Of a DNA stretch of 64,000 nucleotides, positions 28,269 to 41,133 are shown one piece after another. Numbering within the stretch: position 1 is the stretch's first letter; each line of letters starts with the position of its first letter. The translations under genes were made by a program, and so were the position numbers. This DNA is from Octopus sinensis (taxonomy: Eukaryota), in NCBI RefSeq assembly GCF_006345805.1, contig NC_043000.1, positions 150,164,001-150,228,000 of the forward strand. The letters are read 5' to 3'. Under the pieces are notes generated by a model. That model was given only the letters and a program-made list of their open reading frames with translations, had not been told where the DNA came from and did not search any database.

Positions 28269-28359
28269 ATGCAGAGAATGTTTTAATAAACATAACTTAA
28301 ACTCTGCAATTGTCATCAATGTTCTTTTCCACATCTAATTATTTTTAAAATAGTGGAAC

Positions 28360-28758
28360 AGGTGCAGGAGTGGCTGTGTGGTAAGTAGCTTGCTTACCAA
28401 CCACATGGTTCTGGGTTCAGTCCCACTGCGTGGCACCTTGGGCAAGTGTCTTCTACTATAGCCCCGGGCTGACCAATGCCTTGTGAGTGGATTTGGTAGA
28501 CGGAAACTGAAAGAAGCCTGTCGTATATATGTATATATATATGTGTGTGTGTTTGTCTGTCTGTGTTTGTCCCCCCTAGCATTGCTTGACAACCGATGCT
28601 GGTGTGTTTACGTCCCCGTCACTTAGCGGTTCGGCAAAAGAGACCAATAGAATAAGTACTGGGCTTACAAAAGAATAAATCCCGGGGTCGATTTGCTCGA
28701 CTAAAGGCGGTGCTCCAGCATGGCCGCAGTCAAATGACTGAAACAAGTAAAAGAGTAA
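28360..28758 (+). mobile_element. SINE family B
   Basis: Full-length copy. Confidence 0.88.
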
Positions 28759-29237
28759 ACAAAAGCAATCCACTTCTATCATTGGTCGTACTGGAAACAT
28801 AGGACATTAAGAATTCAAGAAAGGAAGGAGTGATTGAGAGACAAACAATAAGAATAGGTGAAAGAATGTAATGTGTGGCAAGCAGAAGACAGGCAACAAA
28901 GGCATGGGAGATAGGGAGAGGGTAGTCAGTGGAGAACAGAAGAGAGAGAGACCCAGGGCCATTCTTCGTTACACTAACAGCATTGTCCAGAGCAATTGAT
29001 AAGAGAGAAATTAATAATAGGGGTATTGACATAGGAAGCACAACTAAGACAGGTAAAAGCATGGATGACAGTAGTATGGGTAATAGATAGATGAGTGACA
29101 GAGAAATGTGATGTGAGGGGTAAGTGATATGGGTGTTGGATGGGGTGAGTGGGTATCAAGAGGTCACACTTATATGTGCACACATGCACATCATACTTTC
29201 ATATGTCCAATGATGTATGCCTGTATATGTGTATATA

Positions 29238-29267
<30 letters not shown>

Positions 29268-29272
<5 letters not shown>

Positions 29273-29697
29273 GGATTCCTAAGCAGATGCTCTATGGAGA
29301 ACTTGTGAATGAAAGGACACTCTGGCAGAAACCAAGGCTGCGATTTAAGGACTGTGTCAAGTCCTCGTTAAAGGCTTTTGATATGCAGGACACTGACTGG
29401 GAGAACAATGCCTGTCAATGCCACAGATGGAGGAAGCAGTTTAAGGAGGGGATCGACACTTTTGAGAGAGCACGTATCCAGCATGAAGAACTTAAGCGAG
29501 CTGCGCGAAAGTGCACGGCTGGTATAGTGAATGGGGAAAGCTTGGTCTGCAATGTTTGCAGTCGTGTATGCTTGTCAAGAGCAGGGCTCATTAGCCACCA
29601 ACGGAGCCGCAAATGCAAAATATAAGTTAGTCCTAGAGCGCACAATGTTCCTGAACATTGGCAATGGTCTTCCTCGGTCACGAGTGGACAGCCATCA
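29268..29697 (+). mobile_element. RTE-type LINE 3' fragment inserted in (TA)n
   Basis: RIPKQMLYGEL...PRLRFKDCVK...CNVCSRVCLSRAGLISHQR. Confidence 0.85.
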
Positions 29698-30483
29698 TAT
29701 ATATATATACACACACACTGATATACATAACAGTTTGTCATGTGTATTAATGCATGTGAATGTTGACATTCCATAGCTTCGCTTGATCAAAAACACTGAG
29801 CAATGTTCACATTTCTTGTTGGCATGACCTGTTGCTCTGTAATTTCAAAGACCTGTGGAATAAAAAAAAAATAGCTTTCTTGAAAAACAGGCACTGGTTG
29901 GTTATGAGAAGAGCATCTGGCCATAAAATCCTCCCTCAAATATGTCCCTGACCCTTGACTAACCTAAGCTGTCTAGCAAAACGGACATTATATGAAAGAA
30001 TGAATACTATATATTATAAACATATGTACAAGAGGAAAATGAACCCCTTTGGGTTCTGATCAGAACATAGATATGATGGAAAATATCCATACCAATTATA
30101 TTTTATCAAATGGGAAAATGTTGAAGTGATGTATACAGTTTATCGATAATTAGTTCTTATAAATATTTTAGAACAAAATCTATTTTGCAATGCATGTTGA
30201 AAGGTTCCAGTTCAATTATTGTATCAACACTAGTTTCAATAGTAATGGTAAAATAGATTAATGTGAAAGCTATTACGATGAGCTTAAAATTTAATCCAAA
30301 CTGAGTTAAGGATTAGCTTATCAATGCAGATTAAAATATCTAGGAATTTGATTTTGTAATATTATTATTGAGATGTTTTAATATCATTTTAAGTACTTAC
30401 TAGCTAAATCTAAAGCTGATCTCCTCAGTAAAAAGAAAAAAGCTAAAGGAACCTAAAACTAATAAACTAGGTAATAATTGAAT

Positions 30484-30648
30484 GATCACTCACTTGATCA
30501 CTTTGGCCGACCAGTCTGTCAGGCGTCCATTTGACACTGCTGGTCACAGCACGCTGTCCGCTCCTCTATGGATCGCGCCTTTCTCATCCACGTGATCCCA
30601 ATCGTCCTCTTGAAATCGTCACTCCACTGCCATGGAGGTCTTCCGGGT
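30484..30648 (-). mobile_element. Short RTE-like LINE 3' end
   Basis: Minus strand translates PGRPPWQWSDDFKRTIGITWMRKARS; GTGATC-type tail. Confidence 0.6.
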
Positions 30649-31077
30649 AATTGAATGAATAAAAGCAAACTAAATTCAAGAATCTGTTAATAAAAAATTA
30701 TATTAACATAAACTATTCTTTAAAAAATAGCTACCGTTCCCTAATAAGTCTGTTTGCGATGATGCTCAGTTTTCATCAACCTCATTTCACAGCCATGTCT
30801 TATAGCTAGCCCTCATCCTTGTTAGAGTAGGGAGAGTTTTCAAAACTTCAGCCTTCCATTTCAAATTCTAGTCACAAATCTAATTGTAGCACCATCACTG
30901 ATTAATTTACTGTGGTTACATGACCTAAACAGCACCTCTATTAATTTAATACTCAAACTTCACATGTCAATTCTTTGCATGGCCCTTATTTTCATTTTAA
31001 TAATGTCAATTACTTAAACATAAAGTCTTCCCTAACAGTACTTAAGTTATATATATATTTATTTATATATATGTGGA

Positions 31078-31380
31078 GGCGCAATGGCCCAGTGGTTAGG
31101 GCAGCGGACTCACGGTCGTAGGATCGCGGTTTCGATTCCCAGACCGGGCTTTGTGAGTGTTTATTGAGCGAAAACACCTAAAAGCTCCACGAGGCTCCGG
31201 CAGGGGGTGGTGATCCCTGCTGTACTCTTTCACCACTCTTTCTCCCAATCTTTCTTCTGTTAGCCTGCTCGCTTAGCCAGCGGGGTGGCGTCATTCGAAG
31301 GCTAAAACAATGCGAATGCATTGTGACCAGTGATGTGTAACTACATCTGATGGACTGGTCGGTCACATGATCACGTGATA
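31078..31380 (+). mobile_element. tRNA-derived SINE (third family)
   Basis: A-box TGGCCCAGTGG, B-box GGTTTCGATTCC; tail ctggtcggtcacatgatcacgtgat. Confidence 0.8.
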
Positions 31381-31895
31381 TTTATATATATATATCCTTC
31401 CACAACTTCCAAATTCTGAAGATTACTTATTGATTCAATAATTTAAAAGACCATGCATTTTTTCTTAGTTTATTGAGTTCCAGGCTGCTTAAGAGACATA
31501 TGAGGGTTAAAAACAGAACTTCAGCATTTAATTGAGCTTCCTGCTTTAGCTCCATATAATTCACTGATCAGTATACTCATTCTTAGATTTTAATCATGCT
31601 TCTCCAGATCAGTGTGTGTGTGTGTATACCTGCTTATTTGAGGGATTCATTAGCATTAATGTCTTCAGTTGCATGTTTTCAGATACATGGTACACAGATT
31701 TGAAAATTCTATGTTTTAACCAATTACCTCTAATTATTTACTGCCTGTTTACATATAATCTAATATAAATGCATTATTTTTGTTTTGAAACCTCTGAAAA
31801 AGGTTTTAATAATTTGAAATAATACTTAATCATATTTCCAATTAAAACTCTGTATATGAATAATTATGCTTTTACCCCCAATGTAAAGCATTTAA

Positions 31896-32983
31896 CCCTT
31901 TCGTTACTGTATTTCTGACCAAAATACACCCCTTATGTGTTTCAATTAATTTCTAACGTAATCATAAATTTAGTCTGGTTTCATTAAACAACTATAACTT
32001 TTTTATTTATCAATATATTAATCTGATTTTTGGAAGATAATTTAATGAAATGTTCTCAACCAATTCCATACTATAATTTTTGTCACAAAGTGACTCTAAT
32101 TGCAGGTAGATACAGGTAAATTCAACAAAATATAAAATTATTAAAATTTTGTTCAAACATCGCTATAGAAAATGGGTTATTAGCTAATATTCAATTGGGT
32201 ATACAACAAAATTTTACGATAGTATTTGTTATTCTGGGTAACTTCCTGATACCCATAATAATATTTATGGCAAAATAGTCTTAATTTCATTTAAGGTTGT
32301 GGGAAACCACAAACTATCCCTTCTTTCGCTTTGTTTACATTTAGCGTAACGGTTCGTTTTCGCCGTAATGAGTTCAAATAGACTCATCGGAAAAAGTAAA
32401 AAGAAATAGTCTATCACTTTACTCTCCTGGGAAAGTCTGTGGCTTGGTCCAGTTTCTTCAGAAAAATCACCGAAAGAAACAGTTTTTAAATTTTCACTCC
32501 ATTCAGGTGCCAATTCATTTTCTTTATCGCTGTCAGAGCTCTCGGATTCACTGTTTTCACTTTCGGAAAATGAAACATCAGATTCGTTATCAAATACTAC
32601 GTGCTTTTTTTTTTCAGTCATAGAGTTAGATTTATCAAGGTCTTCAGTAGAAAATCCTTCAAATTCTGACTCGCTGCTTGATATAATGAAATTCGTATCC
32701 ATTTTTTGTCAGAATTACAAATTTTGAAAACACAATAGGAACAAATTTCAGAAAAAAAATTTCCCAAAATTCACGGAATTAAAATTACACTTCAATCGTT
32801 GTACAAAACTGTAGATAAACTGTTTACGAAGTATAATCACGTGTTTTCACGAATGTACTAAAGAGATTTGCTCTGATATTCTCATTTAAATATGAATAGG
32901 TAAATACGGGCGGGTTTGGGCGGTTTGGTCACATTAACCAAAAATTTTTTCGGGCGGCTTTCGGCGGTTTGGTAACGAAAGGG
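31896..32983 (-). mobile_element. Internally deleted piggyBac transposon retaining the transposase N-terminus (ORF 32265-32702)
   Basis: TTAA on both sides; 12-bp TIR CCCTTTCGTTAC; the ORF has an acidic N-terminus followed by DYFFLLF...TNRYA...W..TT..EIK, typical of piggyBac/PGBD transposases. Confidence 0.88.
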
Positions 32984-33466
32984 TTAATATTTCTACAACC
33001 ATTTACCATAGCTGGTGCATAGTGCCTTCAACTGCTATGAAACACAGACATTTCACATCTCAAGAAAACAAAACCATATATTCTTGCTTTTAGAATTTAT
33101 TGTTTGTTCATAACTTCCTTTTAAATGATAATAAATAACAAATTCAATTATACATTAACTTCTCTAAACTAACTGAATTCTCTTTTCCAAGTTTTTGGAT
33201 GACTTCAAGTAGAATCTTTGGTCTCAGACTAGACAAACCAGAAGATTTGCTAATATTTCCATTTGCCTTACATTGATAATATTCTGACTATTATTTGTTT
33301 CCAAGCTAAAACAACTTCATATAGTCACACCTTGTCACAGAATTAACTCAAACTAATCTTCTATGTATGTGTGTTTGTGTTTCTTTGGATATTTTAAATG
33401 CATCATACTTTTATTAGTCTTATTTAGTCTTCCATTCTTTCTTACTATCAGTCAAAATCTCAACTT

Positions 33467-33503
<37 letters not shown>

Positions 33504-34504
33504 GTCATTCGCCCTCATTAACATAATCATTATGTATGGAAAAGCTTTCATCTATTATTCTTATACTTCTATACTGTTATATATCATATTGCATCATTTT
33601 AATTGTTTTATAAGTGAAAGTTCTCACAATCGTCTTCCTCGCAGGCATGTTACTATATTTAGCCCTTCCTGTATAGTTGGAAGATAATCCCTGAACTCTG
33701 CTTTTAGGACATATGCAAATTTTTAACTTTCAGAAACTATCCAGTCAAATGCAGTTATGATATGGGTGGGTGTGTGTATGTATGCATGCTCACACATAAA
33801 TTTTGGTGTACAAACAATGCTTAGGTCATAGATCTCTTGTGTGGGAGTAGGGTGTATACATGCTGATTAATGTTAATTAAGAGTTTGTCACATTCATTAC
33901 TTCATTTCATATTGTCTAAAAGAAATGATCTGTCCCACCTTTAAATGAATCATTGAAACCGGAAAATTTTAAATCCATTCCTCCCTCCTAATAACTCTCC
34001 CTCTCTCTCTCTCTCTCTCTCCCTGTTTAATGTCCTACAAATCAGTTGTATTTGTGTGTGTGAGTGAGTGCATCTTGAGCAAGTATCTTCTGCTACAGCT
34101 CCAGACCATCCAATACCTTGTGAGTGGAATTGGTAGACAGAAACTGTACAGAAGCCTGTCATGTAAGAATGCTGATATTCCTTGACTTCATTTCATCCCC
34201 CTCTGAGTGAAATGAGGATATGATGTTTACATTCCTTGATGACATTACGACTGGTTGCTCAGCACATTCAGTGACCAACGGAATAAAACATCCCTTATTT
34301 GAAAAAGTGGTAAAGGTTAGTGAGAGGAAGGACATCCAGCTACAAAATTGATCATGTTGTCTCCATGTGCAGTTTTCTTGCACCTACAGAGTATCTCAAC
34401 AGGCATGATAGAGCTGCACAGTATATTCACTGAGTAATTTTCAAAAACCTGGACTTGTTCCATGATAAAAACTGGTGGAAACACAAACCACCCCCAGTGC
34501 TTGA

Positions 34505-35087
34505 AAATGATCACATCTCACTCCTCTGGAACGTCACCATTCAAACTAACAGAAAGATAGATGCAAATAGGCCAGACATCATATTGAAAGACTTCAGACA
34601 AAAATTCATGCCTCCTCAATGATATGACTGTCCCAATTGATATAAATGTGTCTGTCAAGACCTACCAAAAACTGACCAAGTATAAAGATCTTGAAATAAA
34701 AATTAGCAAAATGTAGAACCAGAAGACTAAAACAATACCTGTTGTCATAGGTGCCCTAAGAATGATAGTAAAAGGGGCTGATTGCTACCTAGCTCAGATA
34801 TCAAGAAACCCCAAAATGGCAGAAATTCAAAAGATAGTGCTCATGGGAACTGCCCATATCCCACATAAAATACTGTCTATGTAATCTCAAATTTTATAAC
34901 AAACACATAATTTTCTTATGGTTTCTTAAACATTCTCTAGAACAACACTATGTACAAAACCAAATATATGGCACCCTAGGCATAATACTAACATGAACTT
35001 CTAACTTGTCTCTTGAGGTCTTTGGGTGAAACTTGGAACCAACTTGTATAAATGCAAAGCAAAAGTCAAACATAAGATAATAATAAT
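34505..35087 (+). mobile_element. R4/Dong-clade 3' fragment (RLE domain and 3' UTR) ending in (TAA)n
   Basis: LLWNVTIQTNRKIDANRPDIILKD...KYKDLEI...IPVVIGAL; 3' UTR shared with the 6131 copy. Confidence 0.8.
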
Positions 35088-35353
35088 ATTGTGACTATAG
35101 GTAACAAAAGTATGTTCAGTTAGTATTTTTGATTGAAAACCGATTAAGAATTCCTTAATTGTGAATTACCTTCAAACCAGTAACTTATTTAATCATATTC
35201 TAATAACAATTTACAATAAATGTATAAACTCAAAGTACCATTGACTAACTAGATACTTTACTTGTTTTGATTTTATCAGTTTGAGAAACACCATTACAAT
35301 TCAGTAGTTAAGGGTTGTGCATTAAAGAATAAATCCAACTATAAGTTTATTAA

Positions 35354-35661
35354 CCCCTTACCCAACAATTATTTTGAAAATAAATGTATTTTTTCAGACA
35401 TATTTTTTAATTGTTTTATTTTACTATGTTTTGAATGGTGATTTCGAGGTATATTTCAAACCTTATTTATTATGAATTTTAATTCAATAATATTGATTTT
35501 AAATTACCGCTTTGGGCAGAAACGAGTTAACCCGTTTTTAGACGAAGGAACTCGTTTATTGTCGATTTTGGCGAGTCTATCTTTTGACGAGTTAACTCGC
35601 CAGAGATAGAAAAAAACGATTTCGGTCAAAACGCATATATTCGTTTCTGCTGGGTAAGGGG
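35354..35661. mobile_element. piggyBac-type MITE (CCCCTTACCCA TIR)
   Basis: TTAA-CCCCTTACCCA...TGGGTAAGGGG-TTAA. Confidence 0.8.
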
Positions 35662-36606
35662 TTAAACCTTTTTGACCTCTGAGGGTTCCCTTTATTTATG
35701 ATGTAGATCTGCATAAGGATCTCAAATCCTGTCAGTATTTATTCCTGTATGTTTATTTTTAGTCCCAAGTTAATACCAGTTTCTCATGTAATAGCAGGTT
35801 TAAAGTCTTTTAGTTTGGATTTTGTTTAGAAAACCTTTTAAACATCAGTTTTTAAAATTTATATTGAGCTAGTGAAAGGAAATTGTAGATGTTTTAATTA
35901 TTTGCCTTTCTTTCTACTTGATTCTTTTCCTCGTCATCCACAATTCTGCTATTTCTATGTGTATGCTTATCTTTGTACTGTATTTTAACTTTTGTTTCTT
36001 ACAGATTTTTTATATTGCACTACAAAATATAATTGATAGATTTTACCCAACATTGTATGCATAGACAGATGCAAACATCTTATCTGTATATATATATAAT
36101 TTCTTTGACAACAAAAAAAAAAAGAGGAGTTAACCAGTTAAATAAGCAAACTGGCTGTCCAATTGACTTAAGCCCTTAGTAATAGTGAGTTTATAAGTAG
36201 TGTGTCCGTGAGCAGTTAAAAAAAGTTACTCAATCACTGATGAAATCCTAACACAGAATTGAAACTAATCTATTTAATCCCTCTTTTTCTGTCCATAAAA
36301 ATACTGTGTATACAAAATGTTTAACTATGTTTATATATACAGTGTTGGCTAAAAAAAACTATAGATATATTCTATAGTACTCTTTAGTAAGAAGCAAAAA
36401 TTGCTGTTAACTCACCTGACCAAAAGAGTAAGTTAAGCTTGCAAGGCTTATCTTAATCTTTCAGTCAAAGCCACATTTTTAACAGTGGCCACTCACTAAT
36501 ATCTATCATTGACTAAGTTTTCATTTATTTAAAACCCACTTTGCTAACTATTGGTGAAAGTAACATAAATATTTGAGCCAGTGATCAATATAACCATTGA
36601 TGAACC

Positions 36607-37040
36607 TGCATGGTTCTTGGTCTCAAGAATTTGTCTTATGAAGAAAGGCTGAAGACGCTCGACCTTTATTCTCTAGAAAAACGACGACGACGTGGAGATC
36701 TCATTCTTGCTCACAACATCATAAGCGGAAAGTGTAACCTCTCGAAAGAGCTGTTCTTCACTCCTGCTCCAGAGTGTCGGCTGCGGGGTCATTCCGAAAA
36801 GCTCTATCTGCGACGATTTCATCTCAATCGAAGGAGAGGGGCTTTCTCCGTCCGGGTTGCGGATCCGTGGAATAAGCTGCCAGACGAGATGGTGAAGATG
36901 CCGACGACCGCTCGGTTCAAAATCTCCCTTGACCTCAAGTGGCCTGAACTCTTTACATGAACACCACCCTGTACATAACTCCATGTCCCCCTACATGGCC
37001 TTGCTTTTTGCTTTTTGAGCCAAAAAATTAACTAACTAAC
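36607..37040 (+). mobile_element. CR1 LINE 3' fragment, young, with (CTAA)n tail
   Basis: LSYEERLKTLDLYSLEKRRRRGDLI...RGHS...FSVRVADPWNKLP. Confidence 0.9.
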
Positions 37041-38330
37041 ATCTTTACTTATGTCACAACTCACACAAAATCTCAAAATTAAGAACTATTGTTAATTGCT
37101 TAACAGCTGGAGCATACAGAGTAGGCAAATACTCAGTATTGTACAATTAAAGGTAAAAAATGATGACCCTCTCGTCATTTCCATCAGCTTAACAAATTAT
37201 TTGTTGTGGCAACCACAAAGACCCTACATTGTCTCAGCTCCCTTACCACTTTCAACAAGGATTATGGTTATACATTGAAGCAGTTAGACTAGTCATTGTT
37301 GAGCCTCATTAGTGTTTGATAGTCATTTATATTACTCTGTATTAAGTGGCAGATGTGACAGTGAATATAGTTCAAATCACATCTTAGTAACAAATCTAAT
37401 TATTCATCTTTACAACTATAAATCAACTTCTTGCAATGCATAAGCCACACAATTTTTTTATGAAAATGTAGTATAGAAACAAGGACAAAATATGAATTTA
37501 ACATTTCAGTAAATCCATATTAATTTAGTAATAATTAATTTCAGAGTAAATTTTTCTTTGTTTCTTTTTTTCTTTCTTTCCATTCCATACCATTGTAAAT
37601 GTCAATATAAGTACAAGTTTTTATTTTTTCTCTCATTTATTTATTATTTTTTCCAGGCTCACAGATTAGATCTTATATATACATGTGTGTGTGTGTGTGT
37701 GTGTGTACAGAATTAACTTTATAGAATCTTTTTTTTTTGTTTTCTTTTATTAAAATTGCTAATGAAGCAAAATGAGTTTTTTATGCCTTCTAAATTTATA
37801 GCTGTTGTGATCATTAATATGACTTTTATTTCCAGGCAATTAATTCACCATCTCTCATTCTAATAATGAAATTGTATGTCTGTATAAATGTGTGTGTGTG
37901 TGTGTGACATAGAGAGAGAACTGGCTTGATGGAATTATGTTATCTGTAAATTACTTCAATTAAAAAGAATAATGATTTATAATCTGACCTAGAGTAACGA
38001 GATCCCAAAACATTCCTGTCAACAATGACATGATGAGGAAAGCAAATTAACAGAAATACTGTTAAAAGATAGAACACTAACAATTGAGATAAATACTGTT
38101 TTTTATTGTTATGCCATTTATTTCAGAATTCATCTCTACAAATTTTATTTATGTAGCTAAAAGCTAGTCTCAGTTATCCATCATATGCCGCCTTCCCTAC
38201 TTATTATAATAATAATAATAATGAAATTATTGTGTATAGTGCTCAGGTGCGCTACAACTCATCAGAGATGGACATACAGTATATAGAATTATGTGCAAAA
38301 GTCAGGAAAGTGAAGTGTATGAGTCATGAT

Positions 38331-38666
38331 ATGTTAGTTAGTTAATTTTTTGGCTCAAAAAGCAAAAAGCAAGGCCATGCAGGGGGACATGGAGTTATGT
38401 ACAGGGTGGTGTTCATGTAAAGAGTTCAGGTCACTTGAGGTCAAGGGAGACTTTGAACCGAGCGGTCGTCGGCATCTTCACCATCTCGTCTGGCAACTTA
38501 TTCCACGGATCCGCAACCCGGACAGAGAAAGCTCCTCTCCTTCGATTGAGATGAAATCGTCGCAGATAGAGCTTTTCGGAATGACCCCACAGCCGACGCT
38601 CTGGAGCAGGAGTGAAGAACAGCTCTTTCGAGAGGTTACACTTTCCGCTTATGATGTTGTGAGCAA
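38331..38666 (-). mobile_element. Second copy of the same young CR1, nested in an older CR1
   Basis: Reverse complement nearly identical to 36707-37040. Confidence 0.9.
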
Positions 38667-39174
38667 CATCTGTGCATGCGTATGGAAGGTGTGGATATCA
38701 AGTGTAGTGTTGGTGAATTTCAGGAAGTATGGAGGTTTTAAAGGATGCAATGTCTCGGCAACTAACAACTGATGCAGATAGTTTGTTCTATGCCTCAGCA
38801 GCTCTGAGTGTGAAAAAATGTTTCCAAATGTCATAGGAGTTGTGCTGTTTTCTGACTTTGTAGGCATGCCCACATGTATTAGACACATGGAGCTCAAAAA
38901 GGTGTTTGCTGTTGGCGTGATGGTTAATAATTTTGTGGGTGTTTACTGAGTCAGTTGCCAGACCTCAGAGCTTCAATGTAGCTATGCCCAGGGAAGCAAG
39001 ACATTCAGAGTATGGTGGATGCCTGATGGAGCGTATTCATTTGGTTGCACATTTCTGAACAGTTTCCAGAAGGTCAATGTCCTGAGTAAAATAGGGGTTC
39101 CAAACTGGTGACGCAAATTCCAAGTGTGGCCGCATCATAGCCATATACAACTTTAAATAGATAGCTGGCAACGG

Positions 39175-39310
39175 TCTTGCTGAGTGATGCCAACACACCC
39201 TCGACCTTGACAGTTTTAGAGATGTGTTTTGTCCAGCGAAAATCACTGCTGGACAAAACACATCTCTAAAACTGTCATGGTCGAGGGTGTCTTGACATCA
39301 CTCAGCAAGA
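39175..39310. repeat. Foldback inverted duplication inside a CR1 ORF2 fragment
   Basis: Arms of about 63 bp; 10-nt loop at 39238-39247. Confidence 0.9.
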
Positions 39311-40191
39311 GCATTGGCATCACTCAGCTTGTAATGCCCAGATCATGTTCACATGAAGATTTCTTGATATTAGTGTTATGGAGAGAGTATGTGGATGCTG
39401 GGTTTTTCCTCCCAAAATGTGTGGTGGTACACTTATCCTCAGTCATCTTGAGTTGCCACTCCGTGATCCACTGTTGCATTGTGTCCAGGTCCGATTGCAG
39501 GAAAGATCTAGAGAGTTCAGGATCTGTCCTTTTCATCTCAAGATACAGCTTGATGTCATTTGCATATTTCAGCCCCATGGCATTCTTTAAGTTGGCATCT
39601 ATGTCAATGTTATATTTTATCCTTTTCTTTTTCTACTATTAGAGACCTTCTTTTACATTTTCTTTCCCAGAAGCCTTATCTAGAGAATAAATACATATAC
39701 AATCCCTTTTATGATATATATGCTAAGCAATATTATCGATGTGAATGAAATGGTTGCCAAGATTTTCAATGTAAAATTATATTTCAATGTAAAATGGCGG
39801 TGCCCCAGCATGGCCACAGCTTGTGAGCTGAAACTAGATAAAAAATTTTAAAAAATTAAATTAAAAAAAATTTTTTTTTAATATATAAATGTGTAATTTC
39901 ATTGGGGAATTATTTTATACACATATATAACCCATTTTATAATAATTAATAAAGAATTTTATGAATGAAATAAAATTATATTGATCATTATATGCTCCTG
40001 TTTGAGATAGAAAAAGAAATTAGTCCACTGACATAATTTAAACCATCAATTAATTTGGCAGGTGCTCTGTGATGTAATCATTGACGTGGTAGCCCAGCAA
40101 ACAATAGAGATACTTTTATTCCTGCCAGTAGCCTTGTTATTCTTTCTGTTTCAAATTAATAAAATATATTTTTTTAATGAATAAATATCAT

Positions 40192-40585
40192 TACTCTTTT
40201 ACTCTTTTACTTGTTTCAGTCATTTGACTGCGGCCATGCTGGAGCACCGCCTTTAGTCGAGCAAATCGACCCCGGGACTTATTCTTTGTAAGCCCAGTAC
40301 TTATTCTATCGGTCTCTTTTGCCAAACCGCTAAGTGACAGGGACGTAAACACACCAGCATCGGTTGTCAAGCAATGCTAGGGAGACAAACACAGACACAC
40401 AAACACACACATACATATATACGACAGGCTTCTTTCAGTTTCCGTCTACCAAATCCACTCACAAGGCATTGGTCGGCCCGGGGCTATAGTAAAAGACACT
40501 TGCCCAAGGTGCAACGCAGTGGGACTGAACCTGGAACCATGTGGCTGGTTAGCAAGCTACTTACCACACAGCCACTCCTGCGCCT
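40192..40585 (-). mobile_element. SINE family B
   Basis: Full-length copy. Confidence 0.88.
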
Positions 40586-40777
40586 TAGTAGTGAGAAAAA
40601 TAATTTTTTATCTGAAAAATTTAAAAACAATATTTTAGTAATAATTTTTTTTTTTTACTTACGCTTTTTGCTGACCCTCCTAGATTGGTGAGATCAATAA
40701 TGATTTAGTTGAAGCATTTAGGAAAGCATTGGACAAGAAAAGAATTTCAGAGAGATGTTCTAGCAAAAAAAAGATTG

Positions 40778-41133
40778 CACAGGTGTGGTTGTGTGGTAAG
40801 AAGCTTGCGTCTCAACTATGTGAAATTAGATTCAGTCCTATTTTGTGACGTCTTCTACTATAGCCTCAGGCCAACTAAAGCCTTGTGGGCAGATTTGGTA
40901 GATGGAAACTGAAAGAATCCCATCATATATGTTTGTGTGTCTGCGTTTGCCCTCCCCACCATCGCTTGACAACTGATGTTGGCGTGTTTACGTTCCCCAT
41001 AACTTAGCAGTTTGGCAAAAGAGACCAATAGAATAAGTGCTAGGCTTCAAAGAATAAGTCCTGGGGTTGATTTGTTCAACTAAAGGTAATGCTCCAGAAT
41101 GGCCATAGTCAAATGACTGAAACAAGTAAAAGA
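40778..41133 (+). mobile_element. SINE family B, diverged
   Basis: Homologous to the other B copies. Confidence 0.8.

Larger units (their letters stand above)
38205..39600 (-). mobile_element. Older CR1 LINE 3' fragment (RT C-terminal part), interrupted at 38331-38666
   Basis: YANDIKL...LQSDLD...W...KC; RPHLEFASPVWNPY; 3' end homologous to 62060-62395. Confidence 0.82.

Noticed and set aside
31078-31150. tRNA gene
   Set aside because: It has A/B boxes but no clean cloverleaf, and it continues into a SINE body and tail.
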